The notes beneath the pieces were generated by a model. It had not been told where the DNA came from. It was given only the letters and a program-made list of their open reading frames with translations, and ran no database searches. DNA of 59,247 nt, the filler included. It is 5 parts of 5 records of this genome, joined end to end, with 100 filler letters (N's around TTAATTAATTAA, not from the genome) between each part and the next. Parts side by side here need not be neighbours in the genome. Positions count along the whole stretch, not along the records: positions 29,889 to 52,543 come from SRR31147125_7459; positions 52,644 to 59,247 come from SRR31147125_7473; 3 more parts are not named here. One strand, 5' to 3'. The translations under genes and the position numbers were made by a program. Shown in pieces: positions 42,338-54,975 of this stretch. Within the stretch, counting starts at the first letter, position 1, and each line of letters opens with the position of its first letter.

Positions 42338-43057
42338 TTAGAAGGAAACAGATACGCCAATATGAACCGTTACAAGATCAGTCGTGGATTTATTAACATC
42401 GTATGAGACTTTTCCATCATAACGACTTATGGAGCCTTCTTTCAGATACTCGGCATCTCCACTTTTTATGTAGCGTATACCCAGGTCAACAAAAACAGAA
42501 ATTTGCCCCACTTCTTCTAAATTATTATCCTCATAAACACGAAACATCAGACCGGCACCACCACCATAACTAAAAGTGAAATCGTCAAAATTCGTAGAAC
42601 TAGCTATTTCATCCAATTCATCATAATCATGTTCACTTTGGATTTTGGTATCTGTTGATAAATAGTTGAATCCAAACAAACCATCCAAATAAGGCCGGAA
42701 TATACCTTGTTGAGGTTGAACTCGCAGCATGAGATGAGTTAATAGAATACTGTTGGTTGTCGTGACATCGACAGTCACATCAGGGATTGTTGTGCTAAAT
42801 GGTTCTTTACGTGATTCACTGCCATAAACCATGTACGAAGCGGAGAGACCTGCAATAAATGGAGATCCCCCAAAATTATAGCCAAAAAAGCCAGTTCCAC
42901 CAAATCCGGTGTTATCAATGTTTTCTTTAAATTCATCTTGTGGTAATCCCACTGTAAAATTTAATCCCGCTTGAAAATCAGTGTCCTCTGCCAAACCTTT
43001 CGACACAAAAGTGACACATATGAGGCCTGCGATAAGAATTTTGAATGTTATTTTCAT
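42338..43057 (-). CDS. Outer membrane beta-barrel protein (OmpA/PorT-like)
   Basis: Signal peptide, RPYLDGLFGFNY, FSYGGGAGLMF and terminal IGVSVSF. Confidence 0.75.
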   Translation of the reverse strand: MKITFKILIAGLICVTFVSKGLAEDTDFQAGLNFTVGLPQDEFKENIDNTGFGGTGFFGYNFGGSPFIAGLSASYMVYGSESRKEPFSTTIPDVTVDVTTTNSILLTHLMLRVQPQQGIFRPYLDGLFGFNYLSTDTKIQSEHDYDELDEIASSTNFDDFTFSYGGGAGLMFRVYEDNNLEEVGQISVFVDLGIRYIKSGDAEYLKEGSISRYDGKVSYDVNKSTTDLVTVHIGVSVSF

Positions 43058-43256
43058 GATGTCCTTTCTTCTGTTTTATTCCACACTCATTTTGGAGAGA
43101 CAATCATATCCTGGAATCTCTATTCATACAAAACATTTTTGGCGCCAAAATATTAATCTTATACGAAAGAACCAAACAAAAGTTAACATTTTTTTAAAAA
43201 ATCGTGCCAATATATTTTTTATTACACAAATCAGATTGTCTTACGAAATAAGGGGA

Positions 43257-43757
43257 TTACGGAAAATCAACCTTTACTAAAACAAAGGCTTCATTATCGG
43301 GTGAGATAGATTTATAATGAACTTTCGTGCCAGGAATATCACCTTGAATAGTGCCAAAATCCGGTTTTTTAATATCTTTTCGCCACTGTATAATATAGGC
43401 AATCCACCGACTGGCATCTATATAGGCAGCACGTTCAGCAGCCTGGCGGGCGATAAGCACACTTTTAGCTGTTTCAGGTGGTTTACCAAAACCGGCAGCA
43501 TAAATTTCTCTATTATCTTTATCAACACAACTCTTTAAATATTTTTCCCGGATGGTTATATCTGAAGGTGAAAGACGAATTTCATTCTGAATGGTGAGAA
43601 TCTCAGTCATTTTTTGTTCGGATTGTTGTTTTTGCATCACATTGTTAGTATTGCGGTCAGGGAGCTCTCTTTCTTCCTCTTTTTCAGAACAGCGTACAGT
43701 TAACCCCAAAAAAAACAAAAATAGAAAACCGAGGTATAATGTATACCTCGGCCACAT
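43257..43757 (-). CDS. Hypothetical lipoprotein (LPP20-like)
   Basis: Hydrophobic leader ending TVRC. IYAAGFG...ARQAAERAAYIDASR resembles LPP20-type domains (inference). Confidence 0.55.
   Translation of the reverse strand: MWPRYTLYLGFLFLFFLGLTVRCSEKEEERELPDRNTNNVMQKQQSEQKMTEILTIQNEIRLSPSDITIREKYLKSCVDKDNREIYAAGFGKPPETAKSVLIARQAAERAAYIDASRWIAYIIQWRKDIKKPDFGTIQGDIPGTKVHYKSISPDNEAFVLVKVDFP
43708..43751 (-). terminator. Rho-independent terminator after ahcY
   Basis: CCGAGGTATA-cat-TATACCTCGG 10-bp stem (43729-43751) followed on the minus strand by TTTTCTATTTTTGTTTTTTT. Confidence 0.7.
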
Positions 43758-43772
43758 TTTTTCTGCTTTGTC

Positions 43773-45032
<1,260 letters not shown>

Positions 45033-45110
45033 TTATCCTCCTGATATTTATAACAAATTTATTGTCAACTTATTTAGACTGATTAAAACCTTCATTAAAA
45101 AGAGTTTTTG

Positions 45111-46247
45111 TTAACCTCTTTTTAACTCCTCAGCCTTGTCTGTTTTTTCCCATGGAAATTCAGCATCATTACGTCCAAAGTGGCCGTATGAAGCTGTAGC
45201 CTGATAAATAGGTCTTCTCAAATCGAGCATCTTTATGATACCGATTGGAGTAAGATCAAAATGTTTACGGATCAGTTCAACGATTTTTTCTTCGGGCATA
45301 ACTCCGGTCCCATACGTGTCTACATATATCGAAACCGGATCTGCAACTCCAATGGCGTAAGCAACTTCAATTTCACATTTTTTTGCCAATCCTGCTGCAA
45401 CGATATTTTTAGCGATGTAACGAGCTGCATAAGTAGCTGAGCGATCAACCTTCGTCGGATCTTTGCCGGAAAATGCGCCACCACCATGTCGGGCAAATCC
45501 ACCATATGTATCCACAATAATTTTACGCCCAGTCAAGCCAGCGTCACCTTGTGGTCCTCCAACAACAAAACGACCTGTTGGATTAACATGTATTTTGGGT
45601 CCATTCTGAATCAGCAGATCAGCAGGTAGAATTGGATTGATCACTTTCTCTATGATATCCGCATGAATCTGTTTATTAGTAACATCCGGCTCGTGTTGAG
45701 TGGAAATGACCACCGTATCCACTGCGACAGGTTTACCATCAACATATTTAATTGTGACTTGGGACTTTCCATCCGGACGCAAATAAGGTATTAATCCCTG
45801 TTTACGAACCACAGACAATCGCTGTGTTAATTTGTGTGCCAAAACAATTGGCAAAGGCATTAATTCGGGCGTTTCATCTATGGCAAATCCAAACATCATA
45901 CCCTGGTCACCTGCACCTAATTTATCAACACCCATTGCGATATCTGGAGATTGTTGATCAATAGTTGTTATAACAGCACACGTAGAATAATCAAATCCAA
46001 AACGCGCATCAGTGTATCCGATCTCTTTTATCGTTTGACGTGCAACCTGAGGGATATCGACATAAGTATCCGTCGTTATTTCACCTCCAACAAGAGTTAA
46101 TCCTGTCGTTACAAATGTCTCACATGCCACTCGCCCGTTCGGATCATCTTTCATAACGGCATCGAGTACAGCATCAGATATCTGATCTGCAATTTTATCC
46201 GGATGACCTTCCGTAACCGACTCTGAAGTGAAAAGCATTTCTGCCAT
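45111..46247 (-). CDS. metK: Methionine adenosyltransferase
   Basis: [41 protein letters not shown] and [16 protein letters not shown]. Confidence 0.97.
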   Translation of the reverse strand: MAEMLFTSESVTEGHPDKIADQISDAVLDAVMKDDPNGRVACETFVTTGLTLVGGEITTDTYVDIPQVARQTIKEIGYTDARFGFDYSTCAVITTIDQQSPDIAMGVDKLGAGDQGMMFGFAIDETPELMPLPIVLAHKLTQRLSVVRKQGLIPYLRPDGKSQVTIKYVDGKPVAVDTVVISTQHEPDVTNKQIHADIIEKVINPILPADLLIQNGPKIHVNPTGRFVVGGPQGDAGLTGRKIIVDTYGGFARHGGGAFSGKDPTKVDRSATYAARYIAKNIVAAGLAKKCEIEVAYAIGVADPVSIYVDTYGTGVMPEEKIVELIRKHFDLTPIGIIKMLDLRRPIYQATASYGHFGRNDAEFPWEKTDKAEELKRG

Positions 46248-46552
46248 ATATCTAATCTCCTTATTAGTAGAGTTTTATTAAATATTAATTAAATTTTAAT
46301 CAAATATATTCCAATGATGTCTGTCATTCAAGATACCAATCCTGAAAACATACCATCTTTTCAGGAAGGATGCGTAATATTTATTAGAGTCCTGACACAA
46401 TTAGCGTGAATCTTTCAGCATTTTTCCAGAAAAATTCACCCTTTTCTCAAACACACAGCATGATTGCCGAAAAAGTATCCTTGATTGAAGTAACGAGAAA
46501 AGATAGCCGGTATACCAACTAAGAAAACCACATCGGAGCTCTAGCAGGTACT

Positions 46553-48355
46553 CTAACCAAAGTTCGAGGCAGTAGATTTCGAATATCCAAATGCGAAATC
46601 TTTAAATTTTGCTTTGTAGACACTTTTCAAATAATTTTCGACTTGTTCAGTTGTACTGTAACTCAGCACCCTTTCAGCCATATTTTCACATTCTGAATAC
46701 TCCACTCTTCGAATAATCTCCTTAATATGTAACAAAGATACCGGGCTGACACTAAATTCATCAAGCCCAAGTCCAATAAGTAACATCGTCGCAAGTGGAT
46801 CACTCGCCATTTCTCCACACATTCCAACCCAAACACTCTGTTCATGTCCTTTTTTAACGATATCGTGAATCAACCGGAGAATGGATGGATTATAAGGTTT
46901 ATATAAATAAGCCACATTTTCGTTACCTCGGTCAACAGCCAGCGAGTACTGGATTAAATCATTCGTACCAATGCTTAAAAAATCACATTCACGTGCAATG
47001 AGATCAGCCACCACAGCTGCCGATGGCACCTCTATCATGGCACCAATGGGTATATCCCGTGAAAATTCTTTTCCCTCTAATTCCAGCTCACCTCGTATGG
47101 ATTGTAAAAAATTCTGACAAAACCGCATTTCAGAAACACATGAAATCATGGGGAACATGATGCGCACCTGACCGAAAACACTGGCTCGAAGAATAGCACG
47201 AAGCTGAGTTTTGAATAATTCTGTATATTTTCTATAAATGCGGATAGCACGAAGCCCCAGGAATGGATTAGCCTCCACAGGAAATTTAAAAGAATCCGGG
47301 AATTTGTCACCACCTAAATCAAAGGTTCTTATAATGATCGGCTGATTACCCAAAGAAGTTAATATTTGTACATATTCCTCATACTGCTCTTCTTCAGAGG
47401 GTAAATGATGTTTGGTAAAATACAAATACTCTGTTCGGTACAATCCGATTCCCTGTGCACCTTGATTTCGAATATTCCTGGCTTCATGCGGAAATTCGAT
47501 ATTAGCAGATAAATCGATATCCTTCCCGTCTTTTGTTCGTGGTGGTAACTCTTTGGTACGTTTTAATGAAAGTTCGAAATTATGATAATCTCTTGTTAAT
47601 TTTTTGTATTTTTTTATAATGTCTGAGCTTGGATTTAAATAGACAATGCCATCATTTGCATCCAGTACTATTTTATCTCCGGTCTTTAATTCTTCAAAGC
47701 CAGAAACCAATCCAACAACAGAGGGAACTTTTAAAGCTCTCGCCATTATGGCACCGTGAGAAGTTCGGCCCCCAAAATCAGTAACAAAACCCAACACCTT
47801 TGATTTATCAAGAGTTATTGTTTCAGAAGGAGTCAATTCTTTTGCGACGATGATGGATGGAACCTTTAAATCCGACAAAGCTCCTTGCGTTTCTCCCTGG
47901 ATATTAAAAACGACGCGACGTTGAACATCACGCAGGTCTGCAGATTTTTCTCTCAAATACTCGTTATCAAGATTTTTCAGAGATAATTCCATATTTTCAA
48001 TAATATTAGAAAAAATATAATCTGCATTCTTTTTTTCAGTTTTTATGCGTTGTATAGTCTTACCGACTATTAATTCATCTTCAAGGATGAGTATATGCGA
48101 GTCGAAAATCCGGGCACTTTCTTCATCTATCAAATGTGCCGTTTGATCTCGCAGGACTTGCAACTCATCTTTGGCCTTATTCACGGCACTTTGAAATTTT
48201 TCGATTTCAGTTTTTACATTTTTCTCTGAAAGTTTTTGAGGTATTATCTTTTTGACACCGGTTCCCATTACATAGACAGATCCGATAGCAATACCTGGTG
48301 AAGCAGGTGTCCCCTTTAACAAAATGTTAATATGTCCCTCATTAAACTTTTTCAC
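46553..48355 (-). CDS. ptsI: PTS enzyme I (phosphoenolpyruvate-protein phosphotransferase)
   Basis: ASPGIAIG, phospho-His TSHGAIMAR, GIGLYRTE, EANPFLGLRAIR, MIEVPSA, SIGTNDLIQY and GMCGEMA. Confidence 0.95.
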   Translation of the reverse strand: MKKFNEGHINILLKGTPASPGIAIGSVYVMGTGVKKIIPQKLSEKNVKTEIEKFQSAVNKAKDELQVLRDQTAHLIDEESARIFDSHILILEDELIVGKTIQRIKTEKKNADYIFSNIIENMELSLKNLDNEYLREKSADLRDVQRRVVFNIQGETQGALSDLKVPSIIVAKELTPSETITLDKSKVLGFVTDFGGRTSHGAIMARALKVPSVVGLVSGFEELKTGDKIVLDANDGIVYLNPSSDIIKKYKKLTRDYHNFELSLKRTKELPPRTKDGKDIDLSANIEFPHEARNIRNQGAQGIGLYRTEYLYFTKHHLPSEEEQYEEYVQILTSLGNQPIIIRTFDLGGDKFPDSFKFPVEANPFLGLRAIRIYRKYTELFKTQLRAILRASVFGQVRIMFPMISCVSEMRFCQNFLQSIRGELELEGKEFSRDIPIGAMIEVPSAAVVADLIARECDFLSIGTNDLIQYSLAVDRGNENVAYLYKPYNPSILRLIHDIVKKGHEQSVWVGMCGEMASDPLATMLLIGLGLDEFSVSPVSLLHIKEIIRRVEYSECENMAERVLSYSTTEQVENYLKSVYKAKFKDFAFGYSKSTASNFG

Positions 48356-48408
48356 TTTATTCCATTCAATTGTGTGAATGTTGGCCTGAACTCCTGGCCT
48401 TCAAATAG

Positions 48409-48678
48409 TTACTCTTCATCAAATTGCCGGTCTACAATTAACTCTTTCAGGGCTTCCATTGCTGAAAATTCGTCCTCGCCTTCAATACGTACAGTTATCT
48501 CACTACCGTAACCTGCCTCTAACATCAATACGCCCATAATACTCTTACCATTGACTTCGTTTCCGTTTTTGGAGAGATAAATTGCGGATTTGAATCGCGA
48601 TGCTGTTTTTACGAACTGACTCGCTGGTCGCGCGTGAATTCCCAATTTGTTGTTTATTGTGAATGATTTTTTGACCAT
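48409..48678 (-). CDS. ptsH: Phosphocarrier protein HPr
   Basis: GIHARPAS (His15) and NGKSIMGV (Ser46). Confidence 0.95.
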   Translation of the reverse strand: MVKKSFTINNKLGIHARPASQFVKTASRFKSAIYLSKNGNEVNGKSIMGVLMLEAGYGSEITVRIEGEDEFSAMEALKELIVDRQFDEE

Positions 48679-48717
48679 ATAATTTTCCAACCTTTATATA
48701 TAAACTTGATAATAATT

Positions 48718-49467
48718 TTACAAATTAACGATTATTGCCAGGATAATATTTATGAAGGATGCGACTATCAATGCCAAATTTACAGACTTGTTTAACCTGC
48801 TAAAAACAAAAGACAATAATACCGAAATCAGAAAGAAAACAAGATATAAAAATCCTTCATGAAACTGTAAAACCATAACTGTTCCCAGGCATAGCCCCGC
48901 AGTCACTATGCCAACTATTGACACAAATTTCATCCAATCCTTAAAATGTCTTTCAGATATATCTGAAACAATATCAAATCCTTTAGCATAACCCTTAAAC
49001 AAGCCTTTAGCCCTGATATAAATATGCGGTATATTATAGACTAGTAAAAAAACTGGAATTGCCATCCATCCTATCAAGAGTGCGAGCCACACTCCTATAC
49101 CAGCGCTTGCCGGTTTTATATTTGTCCAAAAAAGACGGTCACCCAGGGCTCCAAGTGGGCCGACTAATCGTTCCTTAAACACATCAATGGGTCTATGGTC
49201 AGCCCATCCCTTTCTTTCGTATTCCTCCTCCAATTTGGCGACAGCGCCCAGGCACCAGCTGGCAAAATAGGGATGTGAATTAAAGAAATAAATATGTCGT
49301 TTTAAAAATTTTTCTCTATCATCGTCCGATTTGTACAACCGTTTCATGATCGGAATAGAACAATAACAAAATCCCAATCCTATCATGGATTGAAAGTTCC
49401 AGGATCCCTGCACCAAAAAACATCTAAAAAATATTTTGTAAAGGTCAATACGTTTAATAAAAGGCAC
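48718..49467 (-). CDS. PTS mannose/fructose/sorbose family IID component
   Basis: QGSWNFQSMIGLGF, RHIYFFNSHPY and GPLGALGDRLFW. Likely start GTG 49467 with AGGA upstream, rather than 49587. Confidence 0.88.
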   Translation of the reverse strand: MPFIKRIDLYKIFFRCFLVQGSWNFQSMIGLGFCYCSIPIMKRLYKSDDDREKFLKRHIYFFNSHPYFASWCLGAVAKLEEEYERKGWADHRPIDVFKERLVGPLGALGDRLFWTNIKPASAGIGVWLALLIGWMAIPVFLLVYNIPHIYIRAKGLFKGYAKGFDIVSDISERHFKDWMKFVSIVGIVTAGLCLGTVMVLQFHEGFLYLVFFLISVLLSFVFSRLNKSVNLALIVASFINIILAIIVNL

Positions 49468-49529
49468 TCTTTTTGATCCTAATATGATTTTCCAACTCTT
49501 GAAACTTTCAATTTTGCTATCAAAAAAAT

Positions 49530-50231
49530 CTAAATAAAAGCCGCGAATCCAATCCCGCCTAAAACACCCATAATCAAAAGCCACCACTTCTCGCGTTTAT
49601 AAAACATGTACAATAGTACTCCGCATCCAACTCCAAAAAACGAAACACTTACTGGCTCTAAAATTTTATCCCAGGAACCTGGAATATTATACAATGCTTT
49701 AGGTAGCAGGAAATAAGCAAACAAAAATACACTTGCAGCTGTTAATAAAAAACCGTTAGTAAATAACAAAAAAATACCAAACAGATGAGTTTGACGAATC
49801 CTCCTGTCTGTGAGGTTTTTGCAATTTATTAACTTGCTATAAAGTTTGCTATTGACATGCCGCATAAAAATAACAACATGCCCTCCAATTATGCTCATAA
49901 ATACGCCAACTATTAAAGCCAATGCCAGAGATGGACTTTGCCGGCCAGTTTGTTCAAATAATAAAACGGCCGTAGCAGCAGCTACTGTTGCTCCAATATT
50001 CCCCTCGGAAAATGGCGCCGCTCCCACTGGCAGTTCATTTAACCACACCAGTTCTAAAATTATCCCTACAGCAAAACCAAGCGGAAAATTTCCGAGCAAA
50101 AAACCGACGACAGCACATGATACCAATGGTTGCGATATCATGACTTGAAGCGCAGCTGTTGTATCAGAAGCAACCAGCCCACCCCACAAACTCACAGTCA
50201 GGATATCAAGCCATAAACCAGATTCTATCAT
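49530..50231 (-). CDS. PTS mannose/fructose/sorbose family IIC component
   Basis: QVMISQPLVSCAVVG and ILELVWLNELPVGA. Multi-TM and adjacent to IID. Confidence 0.85.
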   Translation of the reverse strand: MIESGLWLDILTVSLWGGLVASDTTAALQVMISQPLVSCAVVGFLLGNFPLGFAVGIILELVWLNELPVGAAPFSEGNIGATVAAATAVLLFEQTGRQSPSLALALIVGVFMSIIGGHVVIFMRHVNSKLYSKLINCKNLTDRRIRQTHLFGIFLLFTNGFLLTAASVFLFAYFLLPKALYNIPGSWDKILEPVSVSFFGVGCGVLLYMFYKREKWWLLIMGVLGGIGFAAFI

Positions 50232-50696
50232 AAAACTGCCTTGTATATTGATTGCCAGGTTATTGCTTGTGTTAGTAACAACTCGATTTGTACGTAAATA
50301 CGTCCCTCATACAGTTTCATATTTATTCATTTTATAACGGATTCCTAGGATTCTAATTATAACCAATTTAGTAATAATAATCAATAAAAAAACAGGACTT
50401 GCTATTTCTCATGTCAAATAGCAATGTTTTAAAAGATATTCACGGAACTGTCAAATATCAAAAATGGCGCTATTACAATGACAAAGAACTGTGTTTAACA
50501 TTGAGAACACATTTACAATCGCTTAAACCGCCTGATGATAAATCGTAACATTATAAAAACATCTCGGCTTAAACGTCTTTTAGTATGAAAAAGGGCTTGA
50601 TTTTTATTTAAGCTGATGTTATATTTTTTAGCTATGGATTGAAGATTCGAAAAATATATTATTACATAACTCTTCACTTACTAAAAGAGGTTTTTT

Positions 50697-52499
50697 ATGG
50701 CTGTCATGAATAGAATGCGTCAGAACACCAAAGTAATTTTGATGATATTGGTCGTCGCATTCATGTTAACAATCATCATCGATTGGGGAATGGGAGGCTT
50801 TAAGGGTAATAGACCACAAGGCGTTATTGCTTCCATCGAAGACCAGGACTTGTCTTATGAACAATTCCGCGAAATGTATCAGAATGAAATTGCAGCCTAT
50901 AGAGAACAAAGAGGATCAGAACCAGAGGGCCGCGAATTACAGATGATTGAAAACAAAGTTTTTGAAAACATCGTTCAACAAATGCTGCTGTCCAATGTAG
51001 TCAAAGAGATGAACCTGGACGTAACAAATGATGAAATCAAAGATGAAATTTTTAATAATCCGCCTGCATTCCTGCGAAACGAGCAGGTTTTTAAAGATTC
51101 ATCTGGCATTTTTGATATGAAAAAATACCAGGCTGCGTTGGATAATCCACAGGCAGGACAATTTTGGCTCGGTGTAGAACAATATCTGCGTTCTTCCATA
51201 CCTATGCAAAAACTCGGTAATTTAATCAATTCAACAGCGCTTGTTACAGATGACGAAGCAAAATTGGAATTTATAAGATCAAATGTAAAAGCTAAAATCG
51301 ATTATATTTATTACACTTCTGCAAAATTTGGTGCTTCAGCACCTGAGCCAACTGATGAGGAAATATCAGCTTACTATAAAGATAATAAAGATGATTTTAA
51401 CGAAGTAGAAAAACGTAATCTGGATTATGTCCTGTTTGAACTTAAAGCAACAAAAGCGGATACACAAGCTATATTTAACCAGGCGAGTGATCTTTTAAAT
51501 GATGCGAAAAGTGGAAAAAACTTTGCAGAATTAGCCTCAATTTATTCAGAGGATGTAGGATCTGCTGAAAAAGGCGGGGATCTCGGATATTTCGGCAAAG
51601 GCGCCATGGTGAAACCCTTTGAAGAAGCTGCTTTTGCAGCGAAAAAAGGAGACATTGTAGGTCCGATCCAATCTCAGTTTGGTCTTCATATCATCAAAGT
51701 TGAAGACAAGAAAAAAGAAAAAGGGGAATGGAAAATTAAAGCCAGCCATATTCTGCTCAAATTCGATGTTTCTCCCTCTACCAGAGATGCTCTACGTGAA
51801 GAAGCAGAATATATTGCTGAGTATGCCAAGGAATCAGACCTAAAGACCGTCGCAACAGCTGAAGGCGTAAATCTTCAACAAACGCAACCTTTTGTTGAAG
51901 GAAATTTCATTCCCGGCCTTGGCATGGAAACAAAGATCAGTCGGTTCACTTTTAGAAGTAAATTAAATGCCGTGAGCGATGTCATGCAGACATCTCGTGG
52001 TTTTGTAGTTGCCTCTGTTACCGAGATCATTCCGGAACATATCAAGCCATTAGAGGAAGCAAAACCTATTATCATTTCTAAACTAAACACTGAAAAACGA
52101 CTGGAGCAAACCAGAATAAAATGCCAGGCAGCCTATGATAAACTGGTGGCTGGAACATTATTTGATGACGTAGCAGCGGAAGATAGCCTTAGTATCAAGC
52201 AATCGGATGAATTCGACTTGTCCGGTTACGTGCCAGGCATTGGACGCGAAGCTAATTTGATTGGTACTGTCACTAAACTCAACGTGGGTGAATATGCACC
52301 ACCAATAAAAGCTGCCCAGGGCTATTATTTGATTCAACTAACGGACAAGTCAAATTTTAATGAAGAAGAATTCGCAAAGCAAAAAGAATCGATTAAAAAG
52401 CAGCTTGTTCAAAACAAACAGCAGGCTATTTTTAGAAATTGGTACACCTCACTACGCGAAAGTGCTGATATAAAAGATTATCGCAGAGATTATCTCTAA
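50697..52499 (+). CDS. Membrane-anchored parvulin PPIase (PpiD/SurA_N domain protein)
   Basis: N-terminal TM, SurA_N-like helical region, and rotamase [24 protein letters not shown]...[10 protein letters not shown]...[10 protein letters not shown]. Confidence 0.88.
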   Translation: MAVMNRMRQNTKVILMILVVAFMLTIIIDWGMGGFKGNRPQGVIASIEDQDLSYEQFREMYQNEIAAYREQRGSEPEGRELQMIENKVFENIVQQMLLSNVVKEMNLDVTNDEIKDEIFNNPPAFLRNEQVFKDSSGIFDMKKYQAALDNPQAGQFWLGVEQYLRSSIPMQKLGNLINSTALVTDDEAKLEFIRSNVKAKIDYIYYTSAKFGASAPEPTDEEISAYYKDNKDDFNEVEKRNLDYVLFELKATKADTQAIFNQASDLLNDAKSGKNFAELASIYSEDVGSAEKGGDLGYFGKGAMVKPFEEAAFAAKKGDIVGPIQSQFGLHIIKVEDKKKEKGEWKIKASHILLKFDVSPSTRDALREEAEYIAEYAKESDLKTVATAEGVNLQQTQPFVEGNFIPGLGMETKISRFTFRSKLNAVSDVMQTSRGFVVASVTEIIPEHIKPLEEAKPIIISKLNTEKRLEQTRIKCQAAYDKLVAGTLFDDVAAEDSLSIKQSDEFDLSGYVPGIGREANLIGTVTKLNVGEYAPPIKAAQGYYLIQLTDKSNFNEEEFAKQKESIKKQLVQNKQQAIFRNWYTSLRESADIKDYRRDYL

Positions 52500-52513
52500 G
52501 TTTTTTTATGACA

Positions 52514-52543
52514 AAAAAGGCGAATCATATGATTCGCCTTTTT
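52514..52543. terminator. Bidirectional rho-independent terminator
   Basis: Perfect 30-nt palindrome AAAAAGGCGAATCATATGATTCGCCTTTTT after the PPIase stop. Confidence 0.85.
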
Positions 52544-52643
52544 NNNNNNNNNNNNNNNNNNNNNNNNNNNNNNNNNNNNNNNNNNNNTTAATTAATTAAN
52601 NNNNNNNNNNNNNNNNNNNNNNNNNNNNNNNNNNNNNNNNNNN
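52544..52643. other. Artificial contig spacer
   Basis: 44 N + TTAATTAATTAA + 44 N. Confidence 0.98.
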
Positions 52644-52667
52644 TTTTATATTTCAGGAACGCAAAGA

Positions 52668-53837
52668 TTATTTTATTATAACTCTCGCCATTATGACACC
52701 ATCTATATCCTGAATCTTTTTTAGAGTTGCTTCAGGAATATCATTATCACTATCGATAATATTGTAAGAGATACCACCTTTATTTCTGTTTAACATATGC
52801 GCAATATTGATATGTTCCTCAGCAAGAATACCCGTAATTTGCACAACCATTTTTGGAATATTTTGATTAATGATTATAAGACGGGATTTATCCACAAAAG
52901 GCATTTCACAACTGGGCAAATTGACCGAGTTTACGATATTGCCATTCTCAAGAAAATCGCGTACCTGATTTGCAGCCATCATGGCACAATTTTCTTCCGA
53001 TTCTTTTGTAGAGGCACCAAGATGTGGAACGCCAATCACCTTGTCCATTTTAAGAACCTCTTCATCCGGAAAATCGGTTACATAGCATCCGACAATCCCA
53101 TCATCGATGGCTTTTTTGAGATCTTTATTATTCACCAGACCACCACGGGCAAAATTGAGCAGGCAGACTCCCTTTTTCATAAGGGCAAATTTTTCACTGT
53201 TTATCATACCCCGGGTCTCATCTGTAAGAGGAACATGGATACTGATATAATCGGAATTTTTAAAAATACTCTCAAGACCAGCGCCTTTTTTAACTGTTCG
53301 TGAAAGGCCCCAGGCGTGTTCAACGGATATGAATGGATCAAAGCCGGTAACCTGCATACCCAAAGCCTCGGCATCATTTGCAACCATAACGCCAATGGCT
53401 CCAAGGCCGATAACACCCAGTTTTTTACCTTTAATTTCAGAGCCGGCAAATTGAGATTTCCCCTTTTCAACTAGTTTGGGAACCTCATCACCTTTGCCAA
53501 TCAGTGTTTTGGCCCAATTAATACCTTCGTTAATCCGACGGGAAGACATAAAGAGACTCGTTAATACAAGTTCTTTAACGCCATTCGCATTCGCACCAGG
53601 CGTGTTAAAAACAACAATACCCTTTTCGGAGCAATTATCAACAGGAACATTATTATAACCAGCTCCTGCTCTGGCAACAGCTTTCAGGTTGGAAGCTAAT
53701 TCCATATCAAGCATATTAAAACTTCTGAGGATAATCGCATCAGGATTCATGATTTCAGAGGCGATTTCATAATCATCACGTGGCAAAAGATCTAATCCGG
53801 TAGTAGAAATTTTATTGAGTGTGCGAACTTTAAACAT
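52668..53837 (-). CDS. serA: D-3-phosphoglycerate dehydrogenase with C-terminal ACT domain
   Basis: ARAGAGYNN, NTPGANANGVKE, GVIGLGAIG, NFARG and PHLGASTKESE. Adjacent to serC. Confidence 0.92.
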   Translation of the reverse strand: MFKVRTLNKISTTGLDLLPRDDYEIASEIMNPDAIILRSFNMLDMELASNLKAVARAGAGYNNVPVDNCSEKGIVVFNTPGANANGVKELVLTSLFMSSRRINEGINWAKTLIGKGDEVPKLVEKGKSQFAGSEIKGKKLGVIGLGAIGVMVANDAEALGMQVTGFDPFISVEHAWGLSRTVKKGAGLESIFKNSDYISIHVPLTDETRGMINSEKFALMKKGVCLLNFARGGLVNNKDLKKAIDDGIVGCYVTDFPDEEVLKMDKVIGVPHLGASTKESEENCAMMAANQVRDFLENGNIVNSVNLPSCEMPFVDKSRLIIINQNIPKMVVQITGILAEEHINIAHMLNRNKGGISYNIIDSDNDIPEATLKKIQDIDGVIMARVIIK

Positions 53838-53850
53838 GTTTCATTCCTTT

Positions 53851-54933
53851 TTAGCTATTTTCTGATTCAAATTTCTTCATAAATTCGACGAGTTTTTCAA
53901 TTCCTTCGACAGGCATGGCATTATAAATACTGGCACGCATTCCACCAACGGACCGGTGTCCTTTTAGTGTCACCAGATCAATCTCAGCAGCTTCTTTAAT
54001 AAATTTGGCATTTAGGTCGTCTGAGGGCAGCACAAACGGCACATTCATGATCGAACGATCTTCGGGTACAGCCGTACCATTGAACAAATTTGACTGATCA
54101 ATATAATCATACAATAAAGCGGCTTTTTTTCGATTCATCTTTTCAATTTCAGCCACGCCACCTTTTTCCTTGATCAATTCAAAAACTAATTTTGCCATAT
54201 AAATGCTATAACATGGCGGTGTATTAAAAAGGGATTTGGCATCAACATGGGTTTGAAAATTAAACATCGTTGGCGTGATGTCCTGTGCCTTGCCAACCAG
54301 ATCATCCCGGATAATAACAATCGTCACACCGGCAGGTCCGATATTTTTCTGTGCTCCGGCAAAAATAACACCAAACTTTGACACATCGTATTCCTGGGAG
54401 AGAATATTCGAAGACATATCAGCGATGAGAGGAACGTCGCCGGTATCAGGTAACTCATTATAGAGCGTTCCATATATTGTATTATTGCTGACAATGTAAG
54501 CATAATCGGCATCAGGATTGAACATGCTTTTATTTAACTTGGGAATATAGTTAAATGTCGCATCTTCGGAAGAAGCCACAACATTTACGTCACCATATTT
54601 TTTGGCTTCAGCGATTGCTTTTTTGGACCAGGCACCAGTATTCACATAATCTGCTTTACCACTCTTGTTTAACAAGTTGAGCGGAATCATTGCAAACAGA
54701 CTTGATGCGCCACCTTGTAAAAATAACACATGATAATTATCCGGCACATTCATTAATTCACGTAAAGTCGCTTCGGCACCAGAGATGATATCCACAAAGG
54801 CTTTGGAACGATGACTCATCTCCATCACAGACATACCAGTACCCTGGTAATCCAACATTTCATCGGCAGCTTTTTTCAAAACAACCTCAGGTAATATTGC
54901 CGGGCCTGCTGAAAAATTATAAACTCTGGCCAT
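53851..54933 (-). CDS. serC: Phosphoserine aminotransferase
   Basis: YNFSAGPA, EMSHRS, LQGGAS, DMSS, AGAQKNIGPAG, NTPP and GHRSVGGMRASIYNA. Confidence 0.96.
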   Translation of the reverse strand: MARVYNFSAGPAILPEVVLKKAADEMLDYQGTGMSVMEMSHRSKAFVDIISGAEATLRELMNVPDNYHVLFLQGGASSLFAMIPLNLLNKSGKADYVNTGAWSKKAIAEAKKYGDVNVVASSEDATFNYIPKLNKSMFNPDADYAYIVSNNTIYGTLYNELPDTGDVPLIADMSSNILSQEYDVSKFGVIFAGAQKNIGPAGVTIVIIRDDLVGKAQDITPTMFNFQTHVDAKSLFNTPPCYSIYMAKLVFELIKEKGGVAEIEKMNRKKAALLYDYIDQSNLFNGTAVPEDRSIMNVPFVLPSDDLNAKFIKEAAEIDLVTLKGHRSVGGMRASIYNAMPVEGIEKLVEFMKKFESENS

Positions 54934-54975
54934 TTCCTTCTCCTTCCATAGTTCTTTTTGAGTGGTAAATTATGT

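Noticed and set aside
46248-46552. SAM-I riboswitch in the 305-nt metK leader
   Set aside because: No AUC..GAG/GCAACC/GUGC core found on the minus strand. Only one 8-bp hairpin (CCTGAAAA/TTTTCAGG, 46341-46365) is visible. An Infernal scan would be decisive.
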